Source of the DNA: Eledone cirrhosa
Lineage: Eukaryota
Length of the DNA stretch: 64,000 bases
Direction: 5' to 3'
Assembly: GCA_964016885.1 (NCBI GenBank)
Contig: OZ024755.1
Coordinates: 38,812,001 to 38,876,000 of the forward strand
Part shown: one piece after another, positions 25,825 to 40,430 of the stretch
How positions within the stretch are numbered: the first letter of the stretch is position 1
Layout: every line of letters starts with the position of its first letter
Made by a program: the position numbers and the translations under genes
The notes under the pieces: generated by a model
Told to the model about the DNA's origin: nothing
What the model saw: the letters and a program-made list of their open reading frames with translations, nothing else
Databases searched by the model: none

Positions 25825-26496
25825 TTGAATTAGTATGGTATAGACAAGTACATATGTTGTTTAGGTGAATGATATTGTCAATACTCTGATATGCCCAGTT
25901 CCTTGTTGGGTTGTTAATTCACTGGGGAACTGGAGTCATATGAATTCAAACAAACGAATTTTAGTGTCACAGGTCCCCTTCTCCTCTCATTGGTCAGTTA
26001 TTAGTGTTGTCATTGTTGGAGTTAGCTTAAAAATTGATAAAATGGTAGAAGGGACAAGGTGTTGAAGGAACAAAATATCAAAAAATGTGTCAAACTTCCC
26101 ATTGTTCAGTTCTGAGAGCATTCCTCAGTCAGAAGTCTATAGAATTCTTTCTGTGGGAGCCTCACCACAGAAAGAATTCTATAGACTTCTGACTGAGGAA
26201 TGCTCTCAGAACTGAACAATGGGAAGTTTGACACATTTTTTGATATTTTGTTCCTTCAACACCTTGTCCCTTCTACCATTTTATCAATTTTTAAGCTAAC
26301 TCCAACAATGACAACACTAATAACAGACCAATGAGAGGAGAAGGGGACCTGTGACACTAAAATTCGTTTGTTTGAATTCATATGACTCCAGTTCCCCAGT
26401 GAATTAACAACCCAACAAGGAACTGGGCATATCAGAGTATTGACAATATGATACAGCTAAACAACATATGTACTTGTCTATACCATACTAATTCAA

Positions 26497-26551
26497 ACTG
26501 CCTGAAGAGGTCACAGCCAAAGATGGCTGTCACTGAAATATATATAGCAGT
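26497..26551 (+). ncRNA. Minimal type-I hammerhead ribozyme
   Basis: actgc-CTGAAGA-ggtcacagcca(aaga)tggctgtcact-GAAA-tatatATA-gcagt: stem I actgc/gcagt, core CUGANGA and GAAA, stem II with one C.C mismatch, palindromic stem III, AUA cleavage triplet. Confidence 0.85.
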
Positions 26552-26700
26552 AATAAACGAAGCTAAATTTTAATCATTTGACTTTTATTTAACTTTATTT
26601 TACACTACTCCGGAGTAACCAAACCAACCTGCGCACTTCGTCGAGTGCTCCAGCCTGCATACTGAGGTGTTGGTATACAACCAACATAAACTCAAAATCT

Positions 26701-29128
<2,428 letters not shown>

Positions 29129-29449
29129 CATGGTGGCTGCCAACTCGTTTTTGAGTACGGCCACTACTTTATATCCATGTAGGAGAACCTTTACCGATGC
29201 GCTGAACGAGTGTGACTTTTTAGTCCAGCCAGCGACTTGAAACCTCTGGTACAAACACTACACTTGTGACAATTATTGACACATAGTGCTGGGCCCATGG
29301 CACCCTGTGACGACAAGTGCAGGGAGATCTCCAGATATAAAGCAATGCCTGGGCCATGAAGCTTTTATAGTGAGCAAAGGCACTGCACAAAGCCAGTCCC
29401 ACTCTCTTAACCAAGATGATATTTACCAAAAAGAAGAACAAGTCAACAT
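29129..29449 (-). mobile_element. Non-autonomous RTE-derived element, 3' ~320 bp (copy 2)
   Basis: Closely similar to 23364-23685; joined directly to the R4/Dong fragment. Confidence 0.8.
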
Positions 29450-31180
29450 GGATGGGTTGAAAAAAAATCTTGACCTGGTTACAATGTTCTCAAAGTATAT
29501 AGGAATGGAGTTTGGCCAAGATAAATGCTCATACATGACTGTAAAGTGGGGAAAAACAACCCAATCTAGCAACATTGTCATCAATGGTCTAACTGTTTCA
29601 CCGATATCTGATGAGGACTGCTACAGATACCTGGGGATAGATGAGAACATATCCTATAATGGTATCTGTAATAAAGAACGCGTAACCAGGGAATACTACA
29701 CCCGATTAAGAAAGATTTGGTCATCGGAACTCTCTGCGCAAAACTAAACAGTGGCTTATAATGTGTTTGCTGTGACTGTCCTAACACCAACGTTTGGAAT
29801 ACTCAATTGGACGATAGACGAAATCCGAGCAGTTGATGTTGTAACTCGAAAAATATTGAACAACACCGGAAACTTCCACATCAACAGTGACATAGACCGC
29901 CTTTACTTGAAACGTAAGCAGGGAGGCAGAGGCCTAACATCAGTCCAGACAACATTTGAATGTCGCATCATATCTCTCCGACAACATATACGAACCTCGA
30001 AGCGTAGGAGACCGTCTCTCGAAAAAGTCTATCTGCATGAAACAGATAAGATCATGAGAGTTGGGAAGGAACTCCTCGAGAGATATTCCCTGTGTGATAA
30101 TCAAAAACTCACACCCAGGGATGTCACTCAGCAGTATCGCAGTGAATCCATGGATGAAAAACTGCATGCCTATCAGCAAAAAATCATGCATGGATATGTT
30201 GCCAGGAAGCTCCAGAGTGAGAGTAATATAGATAAGAAAAGTAGTCTATCTTGGACCAACAACCGCTATATTGGCTCCCACTTTGAAGGATACGCTTTTG
30301 CAATCCAAGAACAGGAGTTTAGCACGAAATACCTGATTCACAAAAGAGATAGGGATGCAGGCAAAACACGTAGATGTGATAACAAGTGCAGACTCTGCAG
30401 AACTACCATCAAGGATATCACCCATGTCATCAGCAGCTGTCCAAAGATGTCATCGCGGTACTATTTACCTATGAGGCATGATGTAGTGGCCAAAACACTG
30501 TACAATGCAATCCGTAGAAAAGATAGCCCCGATAATAAACACATTAAAAGCTACAACAATGTGGAAGACATACATATACATAATATGAAAGAATACTGGT
30601 GGAATGTTCCAGTAAAAACCCCCAATAAAATGCAGGCATAACAGACCAGATATTATGATATGGGACAGGGAAAAGAAAGCATGCACAGTAGTGGAAGTTA
30701 GCTGCCCAGCAGATGCCAATATAATATCAAAGATTAGTGAAAAGGAGAATATTTATGCAGAACTAATGAGACATCCGCAGATACTCCACCCTGATTCATG
30801 CCTGTGATTATTGGGGCACAGGGGTATGTTAGTAACTGCCTCAATACAAATCTTGAGAAGCTGGGCTTCACAGGAACAGAAAGAACACACCTAGTTAGGA
30901 AATTACAAGTACAATCCATTAATGGAACAGTGAAAATATGTAAAACATTCCAAAAATTTTGCATCTAATAACTGCATATACACATGTACAGATACAAAGC
31001 ATATACATATGCACCCATACAACTCAAAACATACACATCCATATCTACACATGCATGCATGCATACATAATCTACCTAGTTGATGTTGTGTAAATTCCAA
31101 TGAGAGAGTCTTGTGTCTATGTTAGAAAGAGACTCTCTCTATTGGAAAAAAATTTGCGAAATTATAAAACCAGAAGGACA
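29448..31180 (+). mobile_element. 5'-truncated R4/Dong-clade non-LTR retrotransposon (RT C-terminus, CCHC knuckle, restriction-like endonuclease), inactivated
   Basis: GMEFGQDKC, YRYLG, DIDRLYLKRKQGGRGL, EGYAFAIQEQ, CRLC..ITHVISSC, RHD, RPDIMIWD...VEVSCP motifs; premature stop and frameshifts; 3'UTR ends in a CATA/TA tract. Confidence 0.9.
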
Positions 31181-31258
31181 TACATATGTACTTATATATA
31201 TACATACATATGTATATATATATACATATATACATACATATATATATATATATATATA

Positions 31259-31677
31259 CATGGTGGCTGCCAACTCGTTTTCAAGTACGGCCACTACTTT
31301 ATATCCATGTAGGAGAACACCTACAGATGCGCTGAACGAGTGTGACTTTTTAGTCCAGCCAGCGACTTGAAAACTCTGGTACAAACACTACACTTGTGAC
31401 AATTATTGACACATAGTGCTGGGCCCATGGTACCATGTGACGACAAGTGCAGAGAGATCTCCAGATATAAAGCAATGCCTGTGTCGTGAAGCTTATATAG
31501 TGAGCAAAGGCACTGCACAAAGCCAGTCCCACTCTCTTAACCAAGATGATATTTACCAAAAAGAACAAGTCAACATCATTGGATACCATCAGGTATGACC
31601 TCTTAGCCTTTGTCAAGGCAGAATTCTAGGAGAAGGAAAACTCTGATATAACACCTGCAACCCTGATGGTATCCAAT
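31259..31677 (-). mobile_element. Non-autonomous RTE-derived element (copy 3) with inverted 5' segment 31595-31677
   Basis: 31259-31593 matches copy 1 directly; 31595-31677 is the reverse complement of copy 1 at ~23686-23768. Confidence 0.8.
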
Positions 31678-31890
31678 ATATATACATACACATATATATA
31701 CGCACATATATACATATAAACATACATTCACACACACGTTAGAAATCTCAATTATAATTCTTCCTCTCTAGTCTATCCTACTGTTTAGTTAGTTTTAGTT
31801 ACTGTTAAATTGACTGAGCTGTCTTTTACTAACTGTAACTGACGCCATGACACTGTTGTAAATATGATGGGGAAAATATCTTTAATACAC

Positions 31891-32083
31891 GTGTGTGTGT
31901 GTGTGGCTGTGGCTGTGAGTGTATATGTGTGTGAGTGTGTGTGTGAGTGTATGTGTGTGTGCGCGTGAGTGTGTGTGTGTGTGTGTTTGAGTGTGTAGCG
32001 TGAGTGTGTGTTTGAGTGAGTGTGTGTGAGTTAGTGTGTGTGTGTGAGTGTGTCTATGTGAGTGTGTGTGTGAGTTTGTTTTT

Positions 32084-32144
<61 letters not shown>

Positions 32145-32242
32145 TGTGTGTGCCTGTTTCTGTGTGTGTATCTGTGAGTGTTTTTTGAGTGTGGTTGTCT
32201 GTGTGTATGTCTGTGTATGTATGTGTGTGTGTGTCTGTGTGT

Positions 32243-32276
<34 letters not shown>

Positions 32277-32330
32277 CTGTGTGTGTGTGTGTCTGTGTGT
32301 GTCTGTGTGTGTGTCTGTGTGTGAGTGTGC
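31891..32330. repeat. (GT)n-rich compound microsatellite
   Basis: Direct reading. Confidence 0.95.
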
Positions 32331-32869
32331 ATGAACCTAGTTCCTGGCGTGCTGTAGCTGGTGTGCCACAGGCCTTTCTCTGTGGTAATACCAGCAACAC
32401 CAGCTGCAGGAGACTCAGGGAGTTGACCCCCTGTAACATGGTTCAGACAAGCTGGAACCGTCTGTCACCCTCTCTCTCCTTCTACCTCTTTCTCTCCTTC
32501 TTCCTCTCCCTCTTCATTTCTTTCTTCCTCTCCTTCCTCCCCTCCTTCCTCTCTTTCTTCCTCTTCCTCCTTTCTTTCCTTTATTTCTGACTTTTTTTTA
32601 TTTTCCTCTCTTTTTTTTTTGTTTCTTATTGCCCTGTTTATTGTGTAGTTGTTTTTTAAACTATTGGATATTTTGTATTACAATACATTTTAATGAGAGA
32701 CTTCTTATTGTTATGGAATGGACCCCCGTCGCTATCGACGATGTGAGTTTCAGTTACTCCATCAAAATTTCCTCTACAAAATCGGAACGTCATCAACCCG
32801 TCTGAAGAAGGGGCTCCAGGAGGTGGGGTGGCTGTTGCAGCGGGTGTCGCTGGTTACTATCCGCGGAAT

Positions 32870-33470
32870 AGCCTTTTTTCAGCTTTGTCTGAGGGGCGCA
32901 GCCCAAAAGCCAATCCTCCCCTGGGCCGAGAGCCCATCACCCTTCCGCTCGTCCATTCCCTCCCACCTTCCTCCCTCTCCTCTCTTCCTTTCTTCTGTGG
33001 CCCAATATTCCTTGCTTTTTCCCTCCCTTTCCTCTTATTTACAACATTTATAGTCCTTTCCCCTACTTTCCCATACACCCCTATCTGCTCTTCTTTAACC
33101 CTTCCCCCTTTTTTCATTATTTAATTTTCTTTTTACCTTTTTATTATTATTTCCATCATTGTATAACTTCTCTCTGTAAAATCTAGTTGACATATGTTTA
33201 TGTACAACAAACTGCCTGTATTTAATTCATAAATCGTAGTTTTGACGGCGGGGCACAGCCCAAACACTACCCCGCCCTAGGCCAAGCCCATCTTCCTCTC
33301 ACCTTCTCCCTCCCTTTCGTCTGTAGCCTAATAGTCCTTGTCCCCCTCCTTTTCCTCTCATTTATAATCACCTTTCCTCTACTTCCCATACAGCCAGATC
33401 TGTCCTCCTTTAACCCCCCCTCCTTTTTTCATTACTTAATTTTGTTTTTATCTTTCTATTTCACATTTCT
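32870..33470 (+). repeat. Diverged tandem pair of an unclassified pyrimidine-rich repeat end (~32885-33160 and ~33245-33470)
   Basis: gggcgcagcccaaa..gggccgagagcccatc..tttcccatac..ctttaaccc..ttttttcatta..ttaatttt motif order occurs twice. Confidence 0.5.
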
Positions 33471-33544
33471 GTAATTATCGATGACACACGTGTATTGACA
33501 ATAGACACGTGTTATTTATCAATGAATAAAAAAAACAATCTGTA

Positions 33545-34085
33545 ATTGGTTGAGCATTTCACAGACCCCTTTACCGTCAACGCAATTCTCAGGGAGATTC
33601 AGTGAGATTCGGTATGTGATAAAGCTAACTCTTTGAACCACAGGTGCAGTTCACCTCAGACAACAGGCTTTGTGGCATAGAGTTACTGCCCTTTACGTTC
33701 GGAGTTCGAAACCCGCCGAGGTTAGCTTTGTCTTTCATCATTACTATGTCGATAAAATAAAGTACCAGTAATGGACTGGGGTAGATTTAATCGACTTTCT
33801 TCTCCCCCAAAATGTCTGGCCTTGTGCCTAAATCAGAAACTATGCTTGTGTAAGACTGAGTATTCCACAAGTACGTGTACCCTTAAAGTTATTCTTAGGG
33901 AGATTCAGTCGACACGGTGTGTGAATATACTGGTTCTTTGAACCACAGGTACAGTCCACCTTGTATTTTAATGCAAGTGTCTGAGCATTCCTTACACACA
34001 TGTACCCTTAATGTAAATTCTCTGGGAGATTCAGTAGAACACAGTGTGTAACAAGGCTGGTTCTTTGAATTACTGGTGCAGTCCA
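33545..34085 (+). mobile_element. Cluster of SINE fragments: three gagcattcc..ctcagggagattcag..tttgaa pieces and one plus-strand tRNA-SINE copy (~33670-33840)
   Basis: B-box-like gagttcgaaaccc, core ctttcatc..gtcgataaaataaagtaccagt and tail ggccttgtgcctaaatcagaaac shared with many other copies in the window. Confidence 0.75.
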
Positions 34086-34464
34086 TATAGCGGGAGTTCG
34101 AATAATTCCATCACTCCCAAAGTTCAACCCGAAGCCATTGTAAATTAGACTTGGCAAAAATGCAGTGGGATCAACCCTACGATCTAATAATTGTCAAGCA
34201 AACTTCTTAATCTTCCGGTCATGCTGCGTTCTCACGCCGAATCTCCCTGAGAAATGTGTTAACGTTACACATGTCTGTGGAACGTTCAATAGCATGCATG
34301 ATAATTTCACCAATAGCAGTTCTTGTATCTCTAGTCATGTTAAAGGTGGTGGTGGTGGTGGTGTGTGTGTGTGACAGCTCACACTTATGCAGGTTTAGCT
34401 GGGCCTCCTCCAAGGTATATATCGTTGGAGGGGTCTTGGGTAATTTAATGATAGGGACCCCAGT

Positions 34465-34600
34465 CTCATTTCTACAGCTGAGTAAACTGTAGCAACGTGA
34501 AATAAAGTGTCTTGCTCAAGGAAACAACACATCAACCGGTCTGAGAATTGAACTCACAACCTTTCGATTGCAAGCCCAATGCTCGAACCACTAAGCCATG
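34465..34600 (-). mobile_element. tRNA-derived SINE head of a second family
   Basis: Minus strand: A-box-like tggcttagtgg, B-box-like gagttcaattc, then ccttgagcaagacactttatttcacgttgct. Confidence 0.7.
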
Positions 34601-34679
34601 TGGTGGTGAGAGGAAAACAATGGAGTAATGGTGCAGAGAAGATGGGGAGAGTGGTGGTAGTTTCACGTGGAATAAGCTG

Positions 34680-34960
34680 CTCCCTACTCACCACCATAGG
34701 CGCTGAGCTGGCCAGCCGCAGGTGTGAAGCCTCGCCAGATGGAATGGCTCTTCCAGCGCATCTCCCTTACCATCCTCCGGGGAAACGCCTTCTCCATTCT
34801 GTCCGCCGGGGCTGTGGGGCGGCCAGCACGTGGGACCCCATTTTCTCACCATACAGAGAGATGGGGAGTGCAAGAGAGATGGGGACGGTGACAGAGGGAG
34901 TTTGGCTCTTCCGTATTCGGACACATTGCACCTGTCAAGAGTGTTTTCATATTTACACAT
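34680..34960 (+). mobile_element. CRE-like non-LTR retrotransposon 3' fragment
   Basis: Translation WLFQRISLTILRGNAFSILSAG resembles the FQRLS.AIQRGNA terminal motif of CRE-clade elements (recalled similarity). Confidence 0.6.
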
Positions 34961-35960
34961 CTGTTTATAGTCAGTAGATAGTTGGGTATTTAGGGTGAAT
35001 TTACTTCTGCCTTTGCATCACTATGGATTTTCTCTAAATATAATTTTTAAAGAATCCCCTTTTTTTAAATCCATCAACCAATGACCTCCACACATCTCAA
35101 TCACCACCCTCTCCTACCACCAGAAAATATATAAATACCACCATATTACATTGACAGTCGGGTTAGTTGAAGGTGATAGGAGGAGGAAGAGAATAAAGGG
35201 AGTGGCAGTTGAAGGTGATAGTGAGAGGAAGAGGATAGAGGGAGTAGCAGTAGTTTCACGTGGAACAAGCAGTTTAGTTACACAATCAACTGGAACACTC
35301 ATCGTCGAAACCGACGTATTACCAACACACCACACAACACTATTGTTACTGCAGAACAAAATAACTAAGTTCTCATGATTTTCTGATAAGTGTAGGAAGT
35401 GTTTAATCAAGAACACAACTCCTTGGACTTATATCTCACCTCATCAGCCCCCACACCCAGTCTCCTTACTAACCATATTATGTCTATTAGAAATATTTTT
35501 CTTATTATTTCAACTCTATTCGTTGTCGTTCATTTTCTTTTCAAGTAATCAAAGCAAAAGAAAGCCAAAACAACTTCAAATTTTGTACAATATTTCATCA
35601 AATGTAAATCTAAAGTTAAATAATTCTCATGTTATACCCCCACCCACCCCTAGACATTCAGAGTTTTGCTGTAGGATATTATTCGTGGATTCCTAGATAA
35701 ATAAGCATAACGGAGGTTTTGAAAGTTGTTCAAAATCAAAAATATAAAAAGAAGCTAAAAGTAAAAAATCCAAAAGATGTCAGTAGCTAGACTGTTGGAA
35801 AGACAATCAATGTTAAGATCTTTCGTTTGAAATAAGTAGAAGATAAGATTTATGAAAGAATTCACTAGTCTCGGAGAACAACCAGTTGTGAATATTAATG
35901 AGAAAACTGAGACGAGGACACTAAGACAATGAGTCTTATCACTAGTTGAAGAGACTAACA

Positions 35961-36843
35961 ATAATTGTTTCTGTTTTTGGCACAAGGCCAGCAATTATCA
36001 CAGTGTATTACTGGTACTTTATTTTATCGACCCCGTAAGGATGAAAGGCAAAGTGAATCTCAGCGGGATTTGAACTCAGACCGTAAAGGATCGTAACTCC
36101 ATGTTGCAAAGCATTGTGTCCGACTCTCTACCGATCCCGCCAATCCACCGCAGACTAACAATAATACAGGTGTTAATTCTAGGTTAAAGTTGCCACAAAA
36201 CAAATAATTGTTTCTACTTTAGGCACAAGGCCAGCAATTACCCAGTGCATTACTGGTACTTTATTTTATCGACCCCCGTAAGGATGAAAGACAAAGTCAA
36301 CCTCGGCGGGATTTGAACTCAGATCGTAAAGGGACGTAACTATGCTGGAAAGCATGGCGTCCGACCCTCTACCGATACTGCCAATCCACAGGGAAATGAC
36401 CCTCGCATGTAATGCACAACTACATTAAATACAACCACAAGGGTAGGGTCCGAACACGGAAGAGCCGAACTGTCATCGCTCTCATCTCTCCCCCCCCCCC
36501 ATCTCTCTGTAAAGTGAGCAAATGGGGTCCCACGTGCTGGCCTTCCCACAGCCCCTGCGGACAGAATGGAGGAGACGTTTCCCCGGAGGATGGTAAGGGA
36601 GATGCCACTATTTCTGCACATGTCTTATATTGGTAAAACAAATATTTAAAATTAATTGTCTCTACTTTAGGCACAAGGCCAGCAATTACCCAGTGCATTA
36701 CTGGTACTTTATTTTATCGACCCCGTAAGGATGAAAGGCAAAGTCAACCTCGGCGGGATTTGAACTCAGATCGTAAAGGGACGTAACTATGCTGGAAAGC
36801 ATGGCGTCCGACTCTCTACCGATACTGCCAATCCACCGCCCTT
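35961..36843 (-). mobile_element. Three tRNA-SINE copies (~35961-36151, 36205-36388, 36655-36843)
   Basis: Minus strand: ggcggtggattggcagtatcgg (A box), gagttcaaatccc (B box), gcctttcatccttacggggtcgataaaataaagtaccag core, ggccttgtgcc..gaaacaattatt tail. Confidence 0.9.
36400..36620 (-). mobile_element. CRE-like 3' fragment, second copy, nested between SINEs
   Basis: ISLTILRGNVSSILSAG; reverse-complement similar to 34755-34925. Confidence 0.6.
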
Positions 36844-37102
36844 ATCTTAAATATTTCAAATTAATGGTTTACAGTTCCCCGTCTATAATTTACTTTGATT
36901 AATTAACTACTATGGCAATTTCAAAGAGAAACGACCATAGACGATTGTGGGTGGGGTGTTAGGGTGTTTATTTCATCGTCACGTGAGATTAGAACTCGAA
37001 TAATGAATCACAGTATAGGATAATCTCTCAGTACCGGTCGCTCTCCGATAGGTTTGCAGTCGTGCCCTTGGCAGTGGAGACTTCTGGTGTCCTCTCTACT
37101 CA

Positions 37103-37580
37103 CCACCATAGATATAACACTGTCTAGTTATAGTATATCTATGATAGTGTGATATATCCCATAAGTATAACACTGTATAGCTATGTTAATGTGATATATC
37201 CCATAGATATAACACTGTCAAATGATAATATATATGTTAGTGTGATATATCCCATAAGTATAACACTGTCTAGTTATAGTATAGCTATGTTAGTGTTATA
37301 TCTATGGGATATACCACACTAACATAGATATACTATAACAGTGTTATATCTATGGGATATACCACACTGTCTAGTTATAGTATAGCTATGTTAGGGTTAT
37401 ATCTATGGGATATACCACACTAACATATACTATAACTAGACAGTGTTATATCTATGGGATATACCACACTGTCTAGTTATAGTATATATATGTTAGTGTA
37501 GTATATCACATAGATATAACACTGTCTAGTTATAGTATATATTAGTGTGGTATATCCCATAGATATCACACTGTGATATA
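37103..37580. repeat. ~50-bp degenerate minisatellite with internal orientation flips
   Basis: cccatagatataacactgtctagttatagtata units alternate with the reverse complement gtgttatatctatgggatataccacac. Confidence 0.8.
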
Positions 37581-38610
37581 TTCCAAGATCAGTCCTGATA
37601 AAGAGGACATCTCACTGAATGTGTTCCTATAATGTCCAACACATTTTCATTCCGACATAATTTATTAATGACAACATTGTTTTCTTCCGTTTCTGATAGA
37701 GGAGTGTGTTATTTAAAGAAGATTTAGCTATCATGAATAATCAAAAGGTAGAGTAAAGTATCAGCTATCGAAATATGTAGACTTCATTAGTTTTACAAAC
37801 GGAATTTCCCTTGAAAAAATCCGAGTTGCTAAGATATACCACCTTGGCAGGTGTGTAGAGCATGTCCCTCCTTTCTCCTCACCCCTTTTTTTCATTATCA
37901 AGTTTTGTTCTCTCATTCCTGTTTATCATGAAAATAAAATATTCAAAATTTATTTCTGTCTGAATAAATTATACAAAACGATTCTGATCAGCCGTTCACA
38001 GCTTCTGCCTTTGAGAATAACATCAACACTCTCAATAAACCTTTCCCAATTAAATCGATGATTCAGAAAAGAGAGAGTATCATTATAAAATATATAAACC
38101 TGTTCCTATTCGCCCAACAAAGGTGAAAGTGCTCAAACATTTATAAATCCTTAATCTCACAACAGGAACGTTAGACTTTCCCCGCTGTGATCCTGATTGA
38201 AGGAGATGTAAATATATCGTTTAAGATCTCTCGATAGAAAGATATGAAATGAAGATTCCCAAATTATCGTAGTTTATGCAGAAATCATGGAAATTGCAGT
38301 CGGATTAGTGCCCTATGTTAGGAGGTGCCTTAAGGCTTCACCGAAAATCTTTTACAGTTCATTATGTTTTCTATAGGATATGTGGAGAAATCGCTGTTTA
38401 AATAAATATTGGGTGACCAAGATTTCGTAGGGGGAAATACAGTTATCGACAAGAGAAATATCGATCTCAGTCGTTTTAGATAAAAGTTGTTCAAGTTGTT
38501 GGATCAACGGAAGACCCTACTCATGAAATTAACATGTAGGTGCCTTAGCATTCCACAAACTAGTGTATTTGTAGTGTAATTCTCAGAGATTCAGTGAGAC
38601 AGACACCCAG

Positions 38611-40430
38611 AGTCACTGTGTGTGACAAAGCTAGTCCTTGAGACAGTCACACAGAGAGACAGTGTGTGACAAAGCTAGTCCTTGAGACAGTCACACACAG
38701 AGACAGTGTGACAAAGCTAGTCCTTGACTCAGTCACACAGAGAGACAGTGTGTGACAAAGCTAGTCCTTGACTCAGTCACACAGAGGGACAGTGTGTGAC
38801 AAAGCTAGTCCTTGAGACAGTCACACAGAGAGACAGTGTGTGACAAAGCTAGTCCTTGAGACAGTCACACAGAGAGACAGTGTGTGACAAAGCTAGTCCT
38901 TGAGACAGTCACACAGAGAGACAGTGTGTGACAAAGCTAGACCTTGAGACAGTCACACAGAGAGACAGTGTGTGACAAAGCTAGTCCTTGACTCAGTCAC
39001 ACAGAGAGACAGTGTGTGACAAAGCTAGTCCTTGAGACAGTCACACAGAGAGACTGTGTGTGACAAAGCTAGTCCTTGACTCAGTCACACAGAGGGACAG
39101 TGTGTGACAAAGCTAGTCCTTGAGACAGTCACACAGAGAGACAGTGTGTGACAAAGCTAGTCCTTGAGACAGTCACACAGAGAGACAGTGTGTGACAAAG
39201 CTAGTCCTTGACTCAGTCACACAGAGAGACAGTGTGTGACAAAGCTAGTCCTTGAGACAGTCACACAGAGAGACAGTGTGTGACAAAGCTAGTCCTTGAG
39301 ACAGTCACACAGAGAGACAGTGTGTGACAAAGCTAGTCCTTGAGACAGTCACACAGAGAGACAGTGTGTGACAAAGCTAGTCCTTGACTCAGTCACACAG
39401 AGAGACAGTGTGTGACAAAGCTAGTCCTTGAGACAGTCACACAGAGAGACAGTGTGTGACAAAGCTAGTCCTTGACTCAGTCACACAGAGGGACAGTGTG
39501 TGACAAAGCTAGTCCTTGAGACAGTCACACAGAGAGACAGTGTGTGACAAAGCTAGTCCTTGAGACAGTCACACAGAGAGACAGTGTGTGACAAAGCTAG
39601 ACCTTGAGACAGTCACACAGAGAGACAGTGTGTGACAAAGCTAGTCCTTGACTCAGTCACACAGAGAGACAGTGTGTGACAAAGCTAGTCCTTGACTCAG
39701 TCACACAGAGGGACAGTGTGTGACAAAGCTAGTCCTTGAGACAGTCACACAGAGACAGTGTGTGACAAAGCTAGTCCTTGAGACAGTCACACAGAGAGAC
39801 AGTGTGTGACAAAGCTAGACCTTGAGACAGTCACACAGAGAGACAGTGTGTGACAAAGCTAGTCCTTGAGACAGTCACACAGAGAGACAGTGTGTGACAA
39901 AGCTAGTCCTTGAGACAGTCACACAGAGAGACTGTGTGTGACAAAGCTAGTCCTTGAGACAGTCACACAGAGAGACAGTGTGTGACAAAGCTAGTCCTTG
40001 AGACAGTCACACAGAGAGACAGTGTGTGACAAAGCTAGTCCTTGAGACAGTCACACAGAGAGACAGTGTGTGACAAAGCTAGTCCTTGAGACAGTCACAC
40101 AGAGAGACAGTGTGTGACAAAGCTAGTCCTTGACTCAGTCACACAGAGAGACAGTGTGTGACAAAGCTAGTCCTTGAGACAGTCACACAGAGAGACAGTG
40201 TGTGACAAAGCTAGACCTTGAGACAGTCACACACAGAGACAGTGTGTGACAAAGCTAGTCCTTGAGACAGTCACACACAGAGACAGTGTGTGACAAAGCC
40301 AGTCCTTTAGACAGACACACAGTGACACAGTATGTGACAAAGCCAGTCCTTTAGACAGATACACAGAGAGACAGTGTGACAAACCAGTCCTTTAGACAGA
40401 CAGTGTCGTTTAGACAGACACAGTGTGTGT
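38611..40430. repeat. 44-bp minisatellite (AGACAGTCACACAGAGAGACAGTGTGTGACAAAGCTAGTCCTTG), ~40 units, embedded in a SINE copy
   Basis: Direct reading; the flanks 38545-38610 and 40430-40540 are the left and right parts of the ctcagggagattcag..tttgaattacag SINE. Confidence 0.97.

Larger units (their letters stand above)
25723..26700. mobile_element. Penelope-like pseudo-LTR in inverted arrangement: palindrome 25723-26156 / 26165-26598 plus ~100 bp unpaired right extension
   Basis: 434-bp arms compared block by block: 4 mismatches, 8-nt spacer gagcctca; each arm has a hammerhead motif followed by AATAAA; flanked by TA microsatellites; no ORF evidence. Confidence 0.75.

Noticed and set aside
32331-32465. 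GC-balanced island between simple repeats, candidate exon or RT fragment (LQGVNSLSLLQLVL)
   Set aside because: Too short; no convincing splice sites and only a weak resemblance to the QGDSLSP RT motif
35961-36843. tRNA genes
   Set aside because: A and B boxes belong to SINE heads; no complete cloverleaf
38611-40430. CRISPR-like array (palindromic repeat)
   Set aside because: No unique spacers and no cas genes; eukaryotic SINE-derived tandem repeat
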